Source of the DNA: Macrostomum lignano
Lineage: Eukaryota
Direction of reading: 5' to 3'
DNA length: 64,000 nt
Assembly (NCBI GenBank): GCA_002269645.1
Contig: NIVC01000745.1
Location: 113,095 to 177,094, forward strand
Positions within the stretch are counted from its first letter, which is position 1. Every line of letters begins with the position of its first letter. Below the pieces are notes generated by a model. The model was not told the DNA's origin, did no database searches, and was given only the letters and a program-made list of their open reading frames with translations. A program made the translations under genes and the position numbers. Positions 24,001-33,900 of the stretch are shown piece after piece.

Positions 24001-26874
24001 CATTTCGTGTTAGTTCTGCAAGCTGAAGTCCGCCATCAGCAGGGCTGAACTTGGTGTTTATTTGAATTCAATGGGCAGCTTTTAGACCAAAACCGTGGCG
24101 GCCGCAGCAGCAGCTCCTTGCCCCCCCCCCAAGCCCTCCAATTCAAATCAATAAAGAGACCCAGATTACGGCCGCCACAAACCGTTTGGCATTTTGAATT
24201 TTAGTAGGGGCGCTCGGGTTTAACAGCGCGGATTGCGCAATCAAACACAGGCAGGCAGATTCTATGGAGTATTCGATAGAAATCTCTGCTAAACTGTGTG
24301 GCAGGGGGAGAGAGGGAGAGTGACGGAGATAAGCCCCGGCGCACAAACACGGCGCGGAAACCACCCGAGCTTGCGCAATCTGCTGGGCCAAAGACTGGGG
24401 GGGGGACCATGCAAGTCTTATCTGGCCGGCTGTCTGCAGTGTCTCTCACGGTCCCCAGAAACCGGAAGGTATTAAGCTCGGCGACCGCGTTAAACTCAGT
24501 TGATTTTGGACACGTTTTTTTATTTTACCGGCTGGACCCACACGAAAGGTCAGGGGGGAATGGAAATGGCGATCTCTGTAGCACACAGCCGATTTTAATT
24601 GTTGGAATGCGCGCCAGGTAGAAAATTCATAGATTGGGATCTTGGCGATCTCAAGGGGATCTGTGATGCAATTAGCGAATATTGTAGGCATATGCTCGAT
24701 CTCAGATGACTTTCTAAGTTAAATACTCTAAAAGACCATGTTGTGCAACATTTGAGGGAACAATGGGATCAGTTATGCATCTCATTGGGCCTGACTTTTT
24801 GTCACGCAATTAGCAACTGCCCGGGTATTCAGAGATGTGAGGGAAAAGGTTAGGACAATTTTCTATTGTTCCGAATCTTTCTTTAGCTTTTTGGTATTTC
24901 ACGGGATCTGCTCTAGATGGCAGATCTCTAGTGGCAGAGATCTAACTAGAGCCCGGGAGAGCTCTAGTTAGATAAGAAACACACTGGATGGATGAGAAGC
25001 ACACTGGATAGATGAGAAGCACACTGAATAGATAGGAAGCACACTGGATAGATGAGAAGCACACTGGATAGATGAGAAGCACACTGGATAGATGAGAAGC
25101 ACACTGGATAGATGGGAAACACACTGGATAGATGAGAAGCACACTGGATAGATGAGAAGCACACTGGATAGATGGGAAACACACTGGATAGATGAGAAGC
25201 ACACTGGATAGATGAGAAGCACACTGGATAGATGATAAATACACTGGATAGATGGGAAACACACTGGATAGATGAGAAGCACACTGGATAGATGAGAAGC
25301 ACACTGGATAGATGTGAAACACACTGGATAGATGAGAAGCACACTGGATAGATGAGAAGCACACTGGATAGATGAGAAGCACACTGAATAGATGGGAAGC
25401 ACACTGGATAGATGAGAAGCACACTGAATAGATGGGAAGCACACTGGATAGATGAGAAGCACACTGGATAGATGAGAAGCACACTGGATAGATGAGAAGC
25501 ACACTGGATAGATGAGAAGCACACTGGATAGATGAGAAGCACACTGGATAGATGAGAAACACACTGGATAGATGAGAAGCACACTGGATAGATGAGAAGC
25601 ACACTGGATAGATGAGAAGCACACTGGATAGATGAGAAGCACACTGGATAGATGAGAAGCACACTGGATAGATGAGAAGCACACTAGATGTCTGGCAATC
25701 GCCCGCAATCTAAAAATAGCGTCACAATGGATTCCCCGCACCGAACCCACCCAGGCTGCTCGGGCAACACTGTGTACGCCTGCCCGGCGCATCTGCAATC
25801 GGCGGAGCCGGCCGGCCAGGACGAGCTGGCGGGCTTGGAGGTCCCTGCGGCCTCCGTCAGCCTCAAGGAGCGACTCGGCGGCGGCCAGTTTGGCGAGGTC
25901 CGCCTGGCGGAGTGGCGGCCATCGGGGTCGCCGGATTCGACGCCGCCGCTCCTGGTGGCGGTGAAGACGCTGCGCAGGGACGCGGGGCCGCAGGCCAAGC
26001 AGGATTTCCGGCGCGAGATCCGCCTGCTGGCCCGCCTGGACGACCCCAACGTGGTGCGCGTGCTGGGCGTGGTGACCCGCGACCCGAAGGCGCCGCAGTG
26101 CGCGCTGGTGGAGTACATGCGCTACGGGGACCTGCACCAGCTGCTGCGCCACCGGGTGTCCCCCGCCACCGTGGAGCAGCCCGGCCTGTCCTACGGCTGC
26201 CTCATCTACCTGGCCGGCCAGGTGGCCAGCGGCATGAAGTACCTGGAGGCGATGCAGGTCACCCACCGGGATCTGGCGTGCAGAAACTGCCTGCTTGGCG
26301 ACGGCTTCCAGGTAGGATTTGGAGCTCGGGATTTGGGATTCGAATGCGTCGGTTATGAAGCTTGTGAGCTGTGAACCTTCACCATCCATTCTCAACTCGA
26401 TCCTGACCCCCCACGCTTTCCTTGCCGCAGGTGAAAATCTGCGACTTCGGCATGTCGCGGCCGATCTACTCCTCCGACTACTGCCGAGTGGACGGCGGCC
26501 GCGGCTCCGCCCTGCCGATCCGCTGGATGTCCTGGGAGGCCGTCCTGCAGGGCCGCTTCTCCAGCCGCAGCGACGTCTGGAGCTTCGCCGTGACGCTCTG
26601 GGAGATGCTCACCTTCTGCAGGGAGCAGCCGTTCTCCAACCTGAATGACGAGCAGGTGGTGGCGAACTGCCAGCACATCTGGCTGTGCGACGGTCTGGCG
26701 CAGGCGCTGCCGTGCCCGCCAGGCTGCCAGCGCGAGCTGTACGACCTGATGTGCGAGTGCTGGCAGCGGGACGAGGCCTGCAGGCCGGCATTCAGGGAGA
26801 TCCACCTGTTCCTGCAGCGCAAGAACATCGGCTTCGCGCCCGGTGACGACCGGCTGCTGCGGCAGCTGGCGTGA
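1..26874 (+). CDS. DDR: Discoidin domain receptor tyrosine kinase (DDR1/DDR2-like), spliced: join(<1..40?,4769..4886,4969..5119,9069..9176,14412..15069,22491..23516,25755..26311,26431..26874), >1020 aa
   Basis: Exons give a DS domain (ASS..GWCP..EWI..TQPR..GEF..PPLIADRVRVFP..NVCLKFELFGC), a DS-like domain (GGLGQLTD..VGW..EFEFDQVR..WMLLSEVQFDS), a TM helix (LTYIVIIVSSLLGALLLMLTVGLLCL+RRWR), the DDR-type IQG-CSGNTVYA juxtamembrane motif, and a TK domain (GGGQFGEV, VAVKTL, HRDLACRN, DFGMSR, LPIRWMSWE, SDVWSF). All GT-AG boundaries have matching phases (1,2,0,0,1,1,0). Confidence 0.95.
3271..4680. repeat. Minisatellite, about 19-bp unit CTCCCATCTCCCCTCTA(CT), pyrimidine-rich, in DDR intron
   Basis: Direct tandem repetition; almost no G on the + strand. 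Confidence 0.95.
4769..4886 (+). CDS. DDR: DDR exon, start of discoidin domain
   Basis: cccgcag| acceptor; STLFSCGGGDMPIRLVGELPTDSFNASSVYAHFNPEGV; AA|GTGAG donor. Confidence 0.85.
4969..5119 (+). CDS. DDR: DDR exon, discoidin domain (GWCP..TQPR)
   Basis: ccttccag| acceptor; CTG|GTGAGT donor; matches ORF 4925..5143. Confidence 0.9.
5160..5550. repeat. Minisatellite, 11-bp unit CTCAGTCTATT
   Basis: About 35 tandem copies starting about 40 bp after the donor at 5120. Confidence 0.95.
6675..7643. repeat. Minisatellite, 20-bp unit GAGAGACTGGCAGAGAGG(G/T)T
   Basis: About 47 copies with 22-bp variants; source of the spurious long ORFs 6411..7805 etc. Confidence 0.95.
8160..8500. mobile_element. 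hAT-like MITE with an internal AG-rich low-complexity insert
   Basis: Degenerate TIRs (CAGGGGTCGGAAAC / GTTTGCCTACCCAG), flanked by a 7/8 direct repeat CCTTACTG (8152-8159) / TCTTACTG (8501-8508); subterminal GGGCCAGAT motifs. Confidence 0.5.
9069..9176 (+). CDS. DDR: DDR exon, discoidin domain (GEFTKKLVIQYKRSESEPYKNY...)
   Basis: tcttcag| acceptor; TTG|GTGAG donor; 108 nt, phase 0-0; aligns to DDR EFAPMYKINYSRDG. Confidence 0.85.
9198..12835. repeat. Minisatellite, 20-bp unit ACTGACACTCCAGTACCTCT (22-bp variant AAATGACACTCTGCAGTACCTC), about 3.6 kb
   Basis: About 180 copies starting about 20 bp after the donor at 9177; block duplication with 772-bp offset. Confidence 0.97.
13780..14255. 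repeat. Minisatellite, 21-bp unit TCTAGGGATTCTGTCCGAAAG, degenerate at the left
   Basis: Core copies at 14010-14225. Confidence 0.9.
14412..15069 (+). CDS. DDR: DDR exon, end of DS domain and whole DS-like domain
   Basis: cccgcag|CTG ATC AAG GGC AAC; TCC A|GTGAGT; ORF 14454..15137. Confidence 0.95.
16545..17006. repeat. Minisatellite, 25-bp unit AAGTCTGTACACTGAGTCTATGGCC
   Basis: About 18 tandem copies. Confidence 0.95.
19695..20310. repeat. Minisatellite, 25/27-bp unit GGGCGTCTTTGTCACTCCTTGGCTT with a 104-bp higher-order repeat
   Basis: Variant TTAGCGTAGG recurs at 19967, 20071 and 20175. Confidence 0.95.
22142..22410 (+). mobile_element. tRNA-derived SINE with a MIR/CORE-like central domain (copy 1)
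   Basis: A-box-like AGCCTAGTGG, B box GGTTCGATTCC, then TGTCCTTGAGCAAGGCACTTAAC...CTTCAGTTCACCCAGCTGTAAAAT resembling the CORE consensus; second copy at 40510; 3' end approximate. Confidence 0.7.
22491..23516 (+). CDS. DDR: DDR exon, Pro-rich stalk, TM helix, long Gly/Ser/Tyr-rich juxtamembrane region
   Basis: ccaacag| acceptor (phase 1); CAG G|GTGAG donor; ORF 22496..23551. Confidence 0.9.
23583..23931. repeat. Minisatellite, 23/21-bp unit TGGCGCCAGATACCAATGT(GC)TA
   Basis: About 15 copies in the DDR intron after the donor at 23517. Confidence 0.95.
24940..24973. repeat. 13-bp perfect inverted repeat with an 8-nt loop (ATCTAACTAGAGC / GCTCTAGTTAGAT)
   Basis: Read directly; abuts the start of the 20-bp array. 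Confidence 0.8.
24972..25686. repeat. Minisatellite, 20-bp unit ACACTGGATAGATGAGAAGC
   Basis: About 36 copies ending about 70 bp before the acceptor at 25754. Confidence 0.97.
25755..26311 (+). CDS. DDR: DDR exon, kinase N-lobe to catalytic loop
   Basis: acccag|GC TGC TCG GGC AAC; TTC CAG|GTAGG; GxGxFG, VAVK and HRD motifs. Confidence 0.95.
26431..26874 (+). CDS. DDR: DDR last exon, kinase C-lobe
   Basis: gccgcag|GTG AAA ATC TGC GAC TTC GGC; TGA at 26872-26874. Confidence 0.95.
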   Translation: MKICDFGMSRPIYSSDYCRVDGGRGSALPIRWMSWEAVLQGRFSSRSDVWSFAVTLWEMLTFCREQPFSNLNDEQVVANCQHIWLCDGLAQALPCPPGCQRELYDLMCECWQRDEACRPAFREIHLFLQRKNIGFAPGDDRLLRQLA

Positions 26875-27122
26875 GGCCGATGCCGAATGAGGCGAGTCGA
26901 GCCAAGGACGTCGGACTTTGGCTCGAGGCGGTTTGCTTCAAGTTTATCGACTTCAGTTTAGAAAGTTTCGACTGTGGCAGAGTCCCAGAATGTGATGCGA
27001 TGCCTTCTAAAAGAGCTCCAAGAGCATAGAAACGACAACTGTTGCCGCTTTCGTATGCTATTTTTCAAATTTTGCACAGACGGTCAACCAATACTCGCTA
27101 CAGCCTACTTACAGTAACAAAC

Positions 27123-27128
27123 AATAAA
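27123..27128 (+). promoter_or_regulatory. Candidate polyadenylation signal of DDR (alternative at 27903-27908)
   Basis: AATAAA about 250 nt after the stop; hexamer match only. Confidence 0.3.
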
Positions 27129-28019
27129 TATCAATGCAATTCTATGCTTAAACGGAACAATTCATTAGACCCATAAGGATCTTGGATCGCGGATTGTTGC
27201 TACGCCCTCAGCAAGCCATCCAGGATCATGGATGTTTTATCTTCAATTTGCCGGATATTCCATATAATTTGCCAAAAATCTATTTTCAAGTTCAGTGCTG
27301 TAAAAACCTCTGTATAATTGTCTGTGTAATTGCCTCTGTAATTTCCCTGTCTTAAGCAAAGCTTCATAAGCACCTTTCCAGAATTTGTGATTTAGAAAAT
27401 TGCTATCATATTATCATAATTTTGCTTGCCCTGAGGCCGCGCGGACTCTTGGGACTTGCGCAGCATTTATCCTCAGTAGTGCATGCAGCGATCGTTCGCC
27501 CTTGTTTGGTTGCAGATCACAAAGACAAAAGATAAAACAAAGACTGTCGTTCGCGAGTCAAATCCCCTAGTGCAATTTCGTGCTCTTGCAATTGCTCTCT
27601 GTTACCATATTTTTGTGCTTGAGCTGTTCGCGAATTGGCTGTAAAACTCCAAATTGTGTACTTTTCCTTTTAATTTCTACGCAAGTTCTACGCGTACTTT
27701 AATATTTTCCGGAGCCTGTCGCTTTGTGTAGTAAAACACATTTTCTTCTGCACCGAGGGAGCAACTCCCAACTTAATCTGAGCACCGCGACTGCACTACT
27801 CGAATCACTCAAGTAGTATCAACTGCGTTTTCTATGCAAATTTGTTTGGCATTACCGAACTGGACTTAGTCGATAAATTATTGTAAGTACAATTCGCTAT
27901 TAAATAAATCAATCAAACTTCTGCACCTGTTAGACAGAGCTACGGTTTTAACACTCACTTTCACTGCAAACCTGCTTTGGCTGTCACAGTTTGCAGCGAT
28001 GTTCTGCGAGTTTTAAACA

Positions 28020-29302
28020 CAGCGGACACTGGTTGAGTTCATAATGGACATGGCTGAGGTCACAGCGGACACTGGTTGAGTTCATAATGGACACGGCTGA
28101 GGTCACAATGGACACTGCTGAGGTCACAATGGACACTGCTGAGGTCACAGTGTACACTGGCTGAGGTCACAATGGACACTGCTTAGGTTACAGTGGACAC
28201 TGCTGAGGTCACAGTGTACACTGGCTGAGGTCACAATGGACACTGCTTAGGTTACAGTGGACACTGGCTGAGGTCACAGTGGACACTGCTGAGGTCACAA
28301 TGGACACTGCTGAGGTCACAGTGTACACTGGCTGAGGTCACAGTGTACACTGGCTGAGGTCACAATGGACACTGCTTAGGTTACAGTGGACACTGCTGAG
28401 GTCACAGTGGACACTGCTGAGGTCACAATGGACACTGCTGAGGTCACAGTGGACACTGCCGAGGTCACAGTGGACACTGCTGAGGTCACAGTGGACACTG
28501 GTTGAAGTCACAGTGGACACTGCTGAGGTCACAGTGGACACTGGCTGAGGTCACAATGGACACTGCTTAGGTTACAGTGGACACTGCTGAGGTCACAGTG
28601 GACACTGCTGAGGTCACAATGGACACTGCTGAGGTCACAGTGGACACTGGTTGAAGTCACAGTGGACACTGCTGAGGTCACAGTGGACACTGCTGAGGTC
28701 ACAATGGACACTGCTGAGGTCACAGTGGACACTGGTTGAGGTCACAGTGGACACTGGCTGAGGTCACAGTGGACACTGGTTGAGGTCACAGTGGACACTG
28801 CTGAGGTCACAATGGACACTGCTGAGGTCACAGTGGGCACTGCTGAGATCACAATGGACACTGCTGAGGTCACAGTGGACACTGGTTGAAGTCACAGTGG
28901 ACACTGCTGAGGTCACAGTGGACACTGGCTGAGGTCACAATGGACACTGCTTAGGTTACAGTGGACACTGCTGAGGTCACAGTGGACACTGCTGAGGTCA
29001 CAGTGGACACTGCTGAGGTCACAGTGGACACTGGTTGAAGTCACAGTGGACACTGCTGAGGTCACAGTGGACACTGCTGAGGTCACAATGGACACTGCTG
29101 AGGTCACAGTGGACACTGGTTGAGGTCACAGTGGACACTGGCTGAGGTCACAGTGGACACTGGTTGAGGTCACAGTGGACACTGCTGAGGTCACAATGGA
29201 CACTGCTGAGGTCACAGTGGGCACTGCTGAGATCACAATGGACACTGCTGAGGTCACAGTGGACACTGGTTGAGGTCACAGTGGACACTGGTTGAGGTCA
29301 CA
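28020..29302. repeat. Minisatellite, 21/22-bp unit GGACACTG(G)CTGAGGTCACA(G/A)T, between the convergent DDR and GLG1 3' ends
   Basis: About 60 copies; 384-bp block duplication. Confidence 0.97.
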
Positions 29303-30112
29303 ATATTATAGGGAATGTAAATCCAGTTACAGTGCTACTCGCAAGTGAAAATAGAGTCAAAATTCCTGCAAAAATTTGTTGAAGTACTGCCCTCCAGACC
29401 AGCGCATGGGTTAGAACAGCAGGTGGCGGACACAGCATCATAAATACATTAAATGTGTATTTCGTACCAGCAAAGGTTATCCGTGCAAACCATGCTACTT
29501 AAAGTAGAGAAATATAAAATTGCAAATAGAAAACATACAAAGTCAAAAGCGTCACACAGGGTTACATGCAGATGGAATGAATCCGTTGCTACATTTAATG
29601 AAAAACAGCGCACCCAGGACATACTACTAGTCGATTGAGTAGCAAAGTAGCAAGTTGTAAAATTGGAATGTCGTGGGTTGATAAGAGCATAAAAAGTTTC
29701 AATGAATTTATTACAAAAATTGATTTAAAGACCGAATAATAAAGTGTCTGAGGGACTATTTTTACACAGTTTTGTCACTGACCCACATTTACTATAGCGG
29801 GTGATTACAGATCGCACTGGAGCAGAGCTGAGTGAGTGTGGAACACTGCCCCCGCAATTTAAGGCAATAGAAACACAGGGTCTGGAATGAAGAGCCACGC
29901 AGAAGTGCTCAGGAGTGCTCAGTACTTAGGAATGCTCAGGAGTTCTCAGCACTCAGGAGTGCTCAAGAATGCTCATCGCATGAATGGCCATCGCAAGAAA
30001 GAATCAAGAAAACACCGAGAGAAAGGTCAAATCAGGCGGAAGGAGTCAGCTGATCTCCGGGATATTCTGTAATCTGGAGAACTCTGGAGAACTCAATCAC
30101 TGTTTCCTAACC

Positions 30113-30385
30113 AGTCCCCAGTTCCGAATCCCAGTTTCCAGTTCCGGATCCCAGTCCCCAGTTCCTAATCCCAGTCCCCAGTTCCTAATCCCAGTCCGCG
30201 TTTCCGGATCCTAGTCCCCAGTTCTGAATCCCAGTCCGCGGTTCCGAATCCCAGTCCCCATTTCCGAATCCCAGTCCGCGTTTCCGGATCCCAGTTCCCA
30301 GTTTCGAATCCTGGAGTCCCCAGTTTCGAATTCTGGAGTCCCCAGTTCCGAATCCCAGTCCCCAGTTCCGGATCCCAGTCCCCAG
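30113..30385. repeat. Degenerate about 20-bp repeat CCCAGTTCCGAATCCCAGTC directly 3' of the GLG1 stop codon
   Basis: Tandem copies starting a few nt after TGA on the - strand. Confidence 0.85.
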
Positions 30386-30388
30386 AGC

Positions 30389-30919
30389 TCAGACTCTCTT
30401 AGCGGAGGCGGCCCGCCTTGAGCTGGCCCTGCCTGAGCAGAAACCGACCAGCAGCAGCAGCACCAAGAGGCTGAGCCCCAGCCCAATGAAGTAGGCCCTG
30501 GCAGGCGACTCGTTGATGTGAACCGCCAGTTCACCGACGCTCCGCGGCCTGAGAACCCCGGCGGCCGCCTCCATCAGGCGCAGCCGCTGGTGCAGCGCCC
30601 GCGCGCACTCGCTGCCGATCAGCTGGCGGGTGGCGAGGTCCCGGAAGGCGGCCACGGTGCAGCGCATCTGGCGGCCGGCGCCCAGCGGCACGCTGCCGCA
30701 CAGGTGGGCGATCTCGGAGGTGCAGGCCCGGTACAGCAGCGGGTCCACGTGAATGTCGGCGTCCGACTCGTGCAGCAGCCGGCGAACCTCGCCGCTGCAG
30801 GCCTTCGAGCGGATGCGGCCCTGGCTGAGCAGCCGCTTCAGGCACTCGGTGACCCGGAACAGGCTGCTGCCGCTGTCCCGCACGTCCTCCAGCTCCGCGT
30901 GGCAGTAGCTCTCGGCCAC
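30389..30919 (-). CDS. GLG1: GLG1 last exon (last repeats, TM, cytosolic tail)
   Basis: gccgcag|GTG GCC GAG; ORF 30389..30919. Confidence 0.95.
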   Translation of the reverse strand: MAESYCHAELEDVRDSGSSLFRVTECLKRLLSQGRIRSKACSGEVRRLLHESDADIHVDPLLYRACTSEIAHLCGSVPLGAGRQMRCTVAAFRDLATRQLIGSECARALHQRLRLMEAAAGVLRPRSVGELAVHINESPARAYFIGLGLSLLVLLLLVGFCSGRASSRRAASAKRV

Positions 30920-33900
30920 CTGCGGCAGGGGTTAGTGTGGGTCACCAGAGTGGGTCACCAGTGTGGGTCACTAGTGTGGGTCATCATCAGTGTGGGTCAT
31001 CAGGGGTCATCAGTGTGGGTCATCAAAGGTCATCAGTGTGGATCATCAGGGGTCATCAGTGTGGGTCATCAGTGTGGGTCATCAGGGGTCATCAGTGTGG
31101 GTCATCAGGGTGGGTCATCAGTTTGGGTCATCAGTGTGGGTCATCAGTGTGGGTCATCAGGGGTCATCGTGTGGGTCATCGGGGGTTATCAGTGTGGGTC
31201 ATCAGTGTGGGTCATCAGTGTGGGTCATCAGTGTGGGTCATCAGTATGGGTCATCAGGGTGAGTCATCAGTGTGGATCATCGGGGTGAGTCATCAGTGTG
31301 GGTCATCAGTGTGGCTCATCAGAGGTCATCGTGTGGGTCATCGGGGGTTATCAGTGTGGGTCATCGGGGGTTATCAGTGTGGGTCATCAGGGTGGCTCAT
31401 CAATGTGGCTCATCAGAGGTCATCATGTGGGCCATCGGGGGTTATCAGTGTGGGTCATCAGTTGGCTCATCAGGGTGGGTCATCAGGATCATCAGTGTAG
31501 GTCGTAAGTGAGGTTATCAGGGATCATCAGTGTGGGTCAGGGTCAGGACTCTTCGCACCTGTCCACAGGCGGCAGACAGCCGGGGGTCCAGCCGGTAGTT
31601 GAGGTTGAACTCCAACGCCAGGCTGCGGAGGTAGCTGCGGCACTGGCCGCGCAGCACCGATGACTTGCCGGGTGGCGCCGGGCGGCCGACTGCCGCTGCC
31701 TGGTCGGCGTCGTCCTCGGAGGCAACGATGTCGCGCAGGCAGCGGGTGACGGCACCCTGGTTGCTGGGGTCCGGGGCGGCCGCGTCCCGCTTGTCCGCGG
31801 CTTCCTTCTGCTTGCGGCAGTGCCTGAGGGGTGGAGAGCGGCGAGTGTTCTAGCCCCCGAGTGCCATTCTAGCCCCAGAGTGCCATTCTGACCCCCAGAG
31901 AGCCATTCTGACCCCCAGAGTGCCATTCTGATCCCCAGAGTGCCATTCTAGCCCCAGAGTGCCATTCTGACCCCCAGAGTGCCATTCTGATCCCCAGAGT
32001 GCCATTCTAGCCCCAGAGTGCCATTCTGACCCCCAGAGTGCCATTCTAGCCCCAGAGTGCCATTCTGACCCCCAGAGTGCCATTCTGATCCCCAGAGTGC
32101 CATTCTAGCCCCAGAGTGCCATTCTGACCCCCAGAGTGCCATTCTGATCCCCAGAGTGCCATTCTAGCCCCAGAGTGCCATTCTAGCCCACGAGTGCCAT
32201 TCTAGCCCCAGAGTGCCATTCTAGCCCCAGAGTGCCATTCTGACCCCCAGAGTGCCATTCTAGCCCCAGAGTGCCATTCTAGCCCCCGAGTGCCATTCTA
32301 GCCCCCGAGTGCCATTCTAGCCCCCGAGTGCCATTCGAGCCCCAGAGTGCCATTCTGACCCCTAGAGTGCCATTCCAGCCCCCGAGTGCCATTCTAGCCC
32401 CCGAGTGCCATTCCAGCCCCCGAGTGCCATTCTAGCCCCAGAGTGCCATTCCAGCCCCCGAGTGCCATTCTAGCCCCCGAGTGCCATTCTAGCCCCCGAG
32501 TGCCATTCCAGCCCCCGAGTGCCATTCTAGCCCACGAGTGCCATTCTAGCCCCCGAGTGCCATTCTAGCCCCCGAGTGCCATTCGAGCCCTAGAGTGCCA
32601 TTCTGACCCCTAGAGTGCTATTCTGATCCCCAGAGTGCCATTCTGACCCCTAGAGTGCCATTCTGATCCCCAGAGTGCCATTCTGATCCCCAGATTGCCA
32701 TCCTGATCCCCAGAGTGCCATTCTGATCCCCAGATTGCCATCATTATCCCTAGAGTGCCATTCTAGCCCCAGAGTGCCATTCTGACCCCTAGAGTGCCAT
32801 TCTGACCCCTAGAGTGTCATTCTAGCCCCAGAGTGCCATTCTGATCCCCAGAGTGCCATTCTGATCCCCAGAGTGCTATTCTGATCCCCAGAGTGCCATT
32901 CTGATCCCCAGAGTGCTATTCTGATCCCCAGAGTGCCATCCTTATCCCCAGAGTGCCATTTCTGATCCCAAGAGTGCCATTCTAGCCCCAGAGTGCCATT
33001 TTAAATCCCAGAGTGCAATTCTGATCCCAAGAGTAACTTTCTAGCCCAAGAGTGCCATTCTGACCCCTAGAGTGTCATTCTAGCCCCAGAGTGCCATCCT
33101 TATCCCCAGAGTGCTATTCTGATCCCAAGAGTAACTTTCTAGCCCCAGAGTGCCATTCTAGCCCCAGAGTGCCATTCTAGCCCCAGAGTGCCATTCCAGC
33201 CCCCGAGTGCCATTCTAGCCCCCGAGTGCCATTCTAGCCCCCGAGTGCCATTCCAGCCCCCGAGTGCCATTCTAGCCCACGAGTGCCATTCTAGCCCCCG
33301 AGTGCCATTCTAGCCCCCGAGTGCCATTCGAGCCCTAGAGTGCCATTCTGACCCCTAGAGTGCTATTCTGATCCCCAGAGTGCCATTCTGACCCCTAGAG
33401 TGCCATTCTGATCCCCAGAGTGCCATTCTGATCCCCAGATTGCCATCCTGATCCCCAGAGTGCCATTCTGATCCCCAGATTGCCATCATTATCCCTAGAG
33501 TGCCATTCTAGCCCCAGAGTGCCATTCTGACCCCTAGAGTGCCATTCTGACCCCTAGAGTGTCATTCTAGCCCCAGAGTGCCATTCTGATCCCCAGAGTG
33601 CCATTCTGATCCCCAGAGTGCTATTCTGATCCCCAGAGTGCCATTCTGATCCCCAGAGTGCTATTCTGATCCCCAGAGTGCCATCCTTATCCCCAGAGTG
33701 CCATTTCTGATCCCAAGAGTGCCATTCTAGCCCCAGAGTGCCATTTTAAATCCCAGAGTGCAATTCTGATCCCAAGAGTAACTTTCTAGCCCAAGAGTGC
33801 CATTCTGACCCCTAGAGTGTCATTCTAGCCCCAGAGTGCCATCCTTATCCCCAGAGTGCTATTCTGATCCCAAGAGTAACTTTCTAGCCCCAGAGTGCCA

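Noticed and set aside
1171-24410. Frequent C8-C14 and G8-G11 homopolymer runs in DDR introns
   Set aside because: No consistent flanking motif or position; may be background composition or homopolymer sequencing noise
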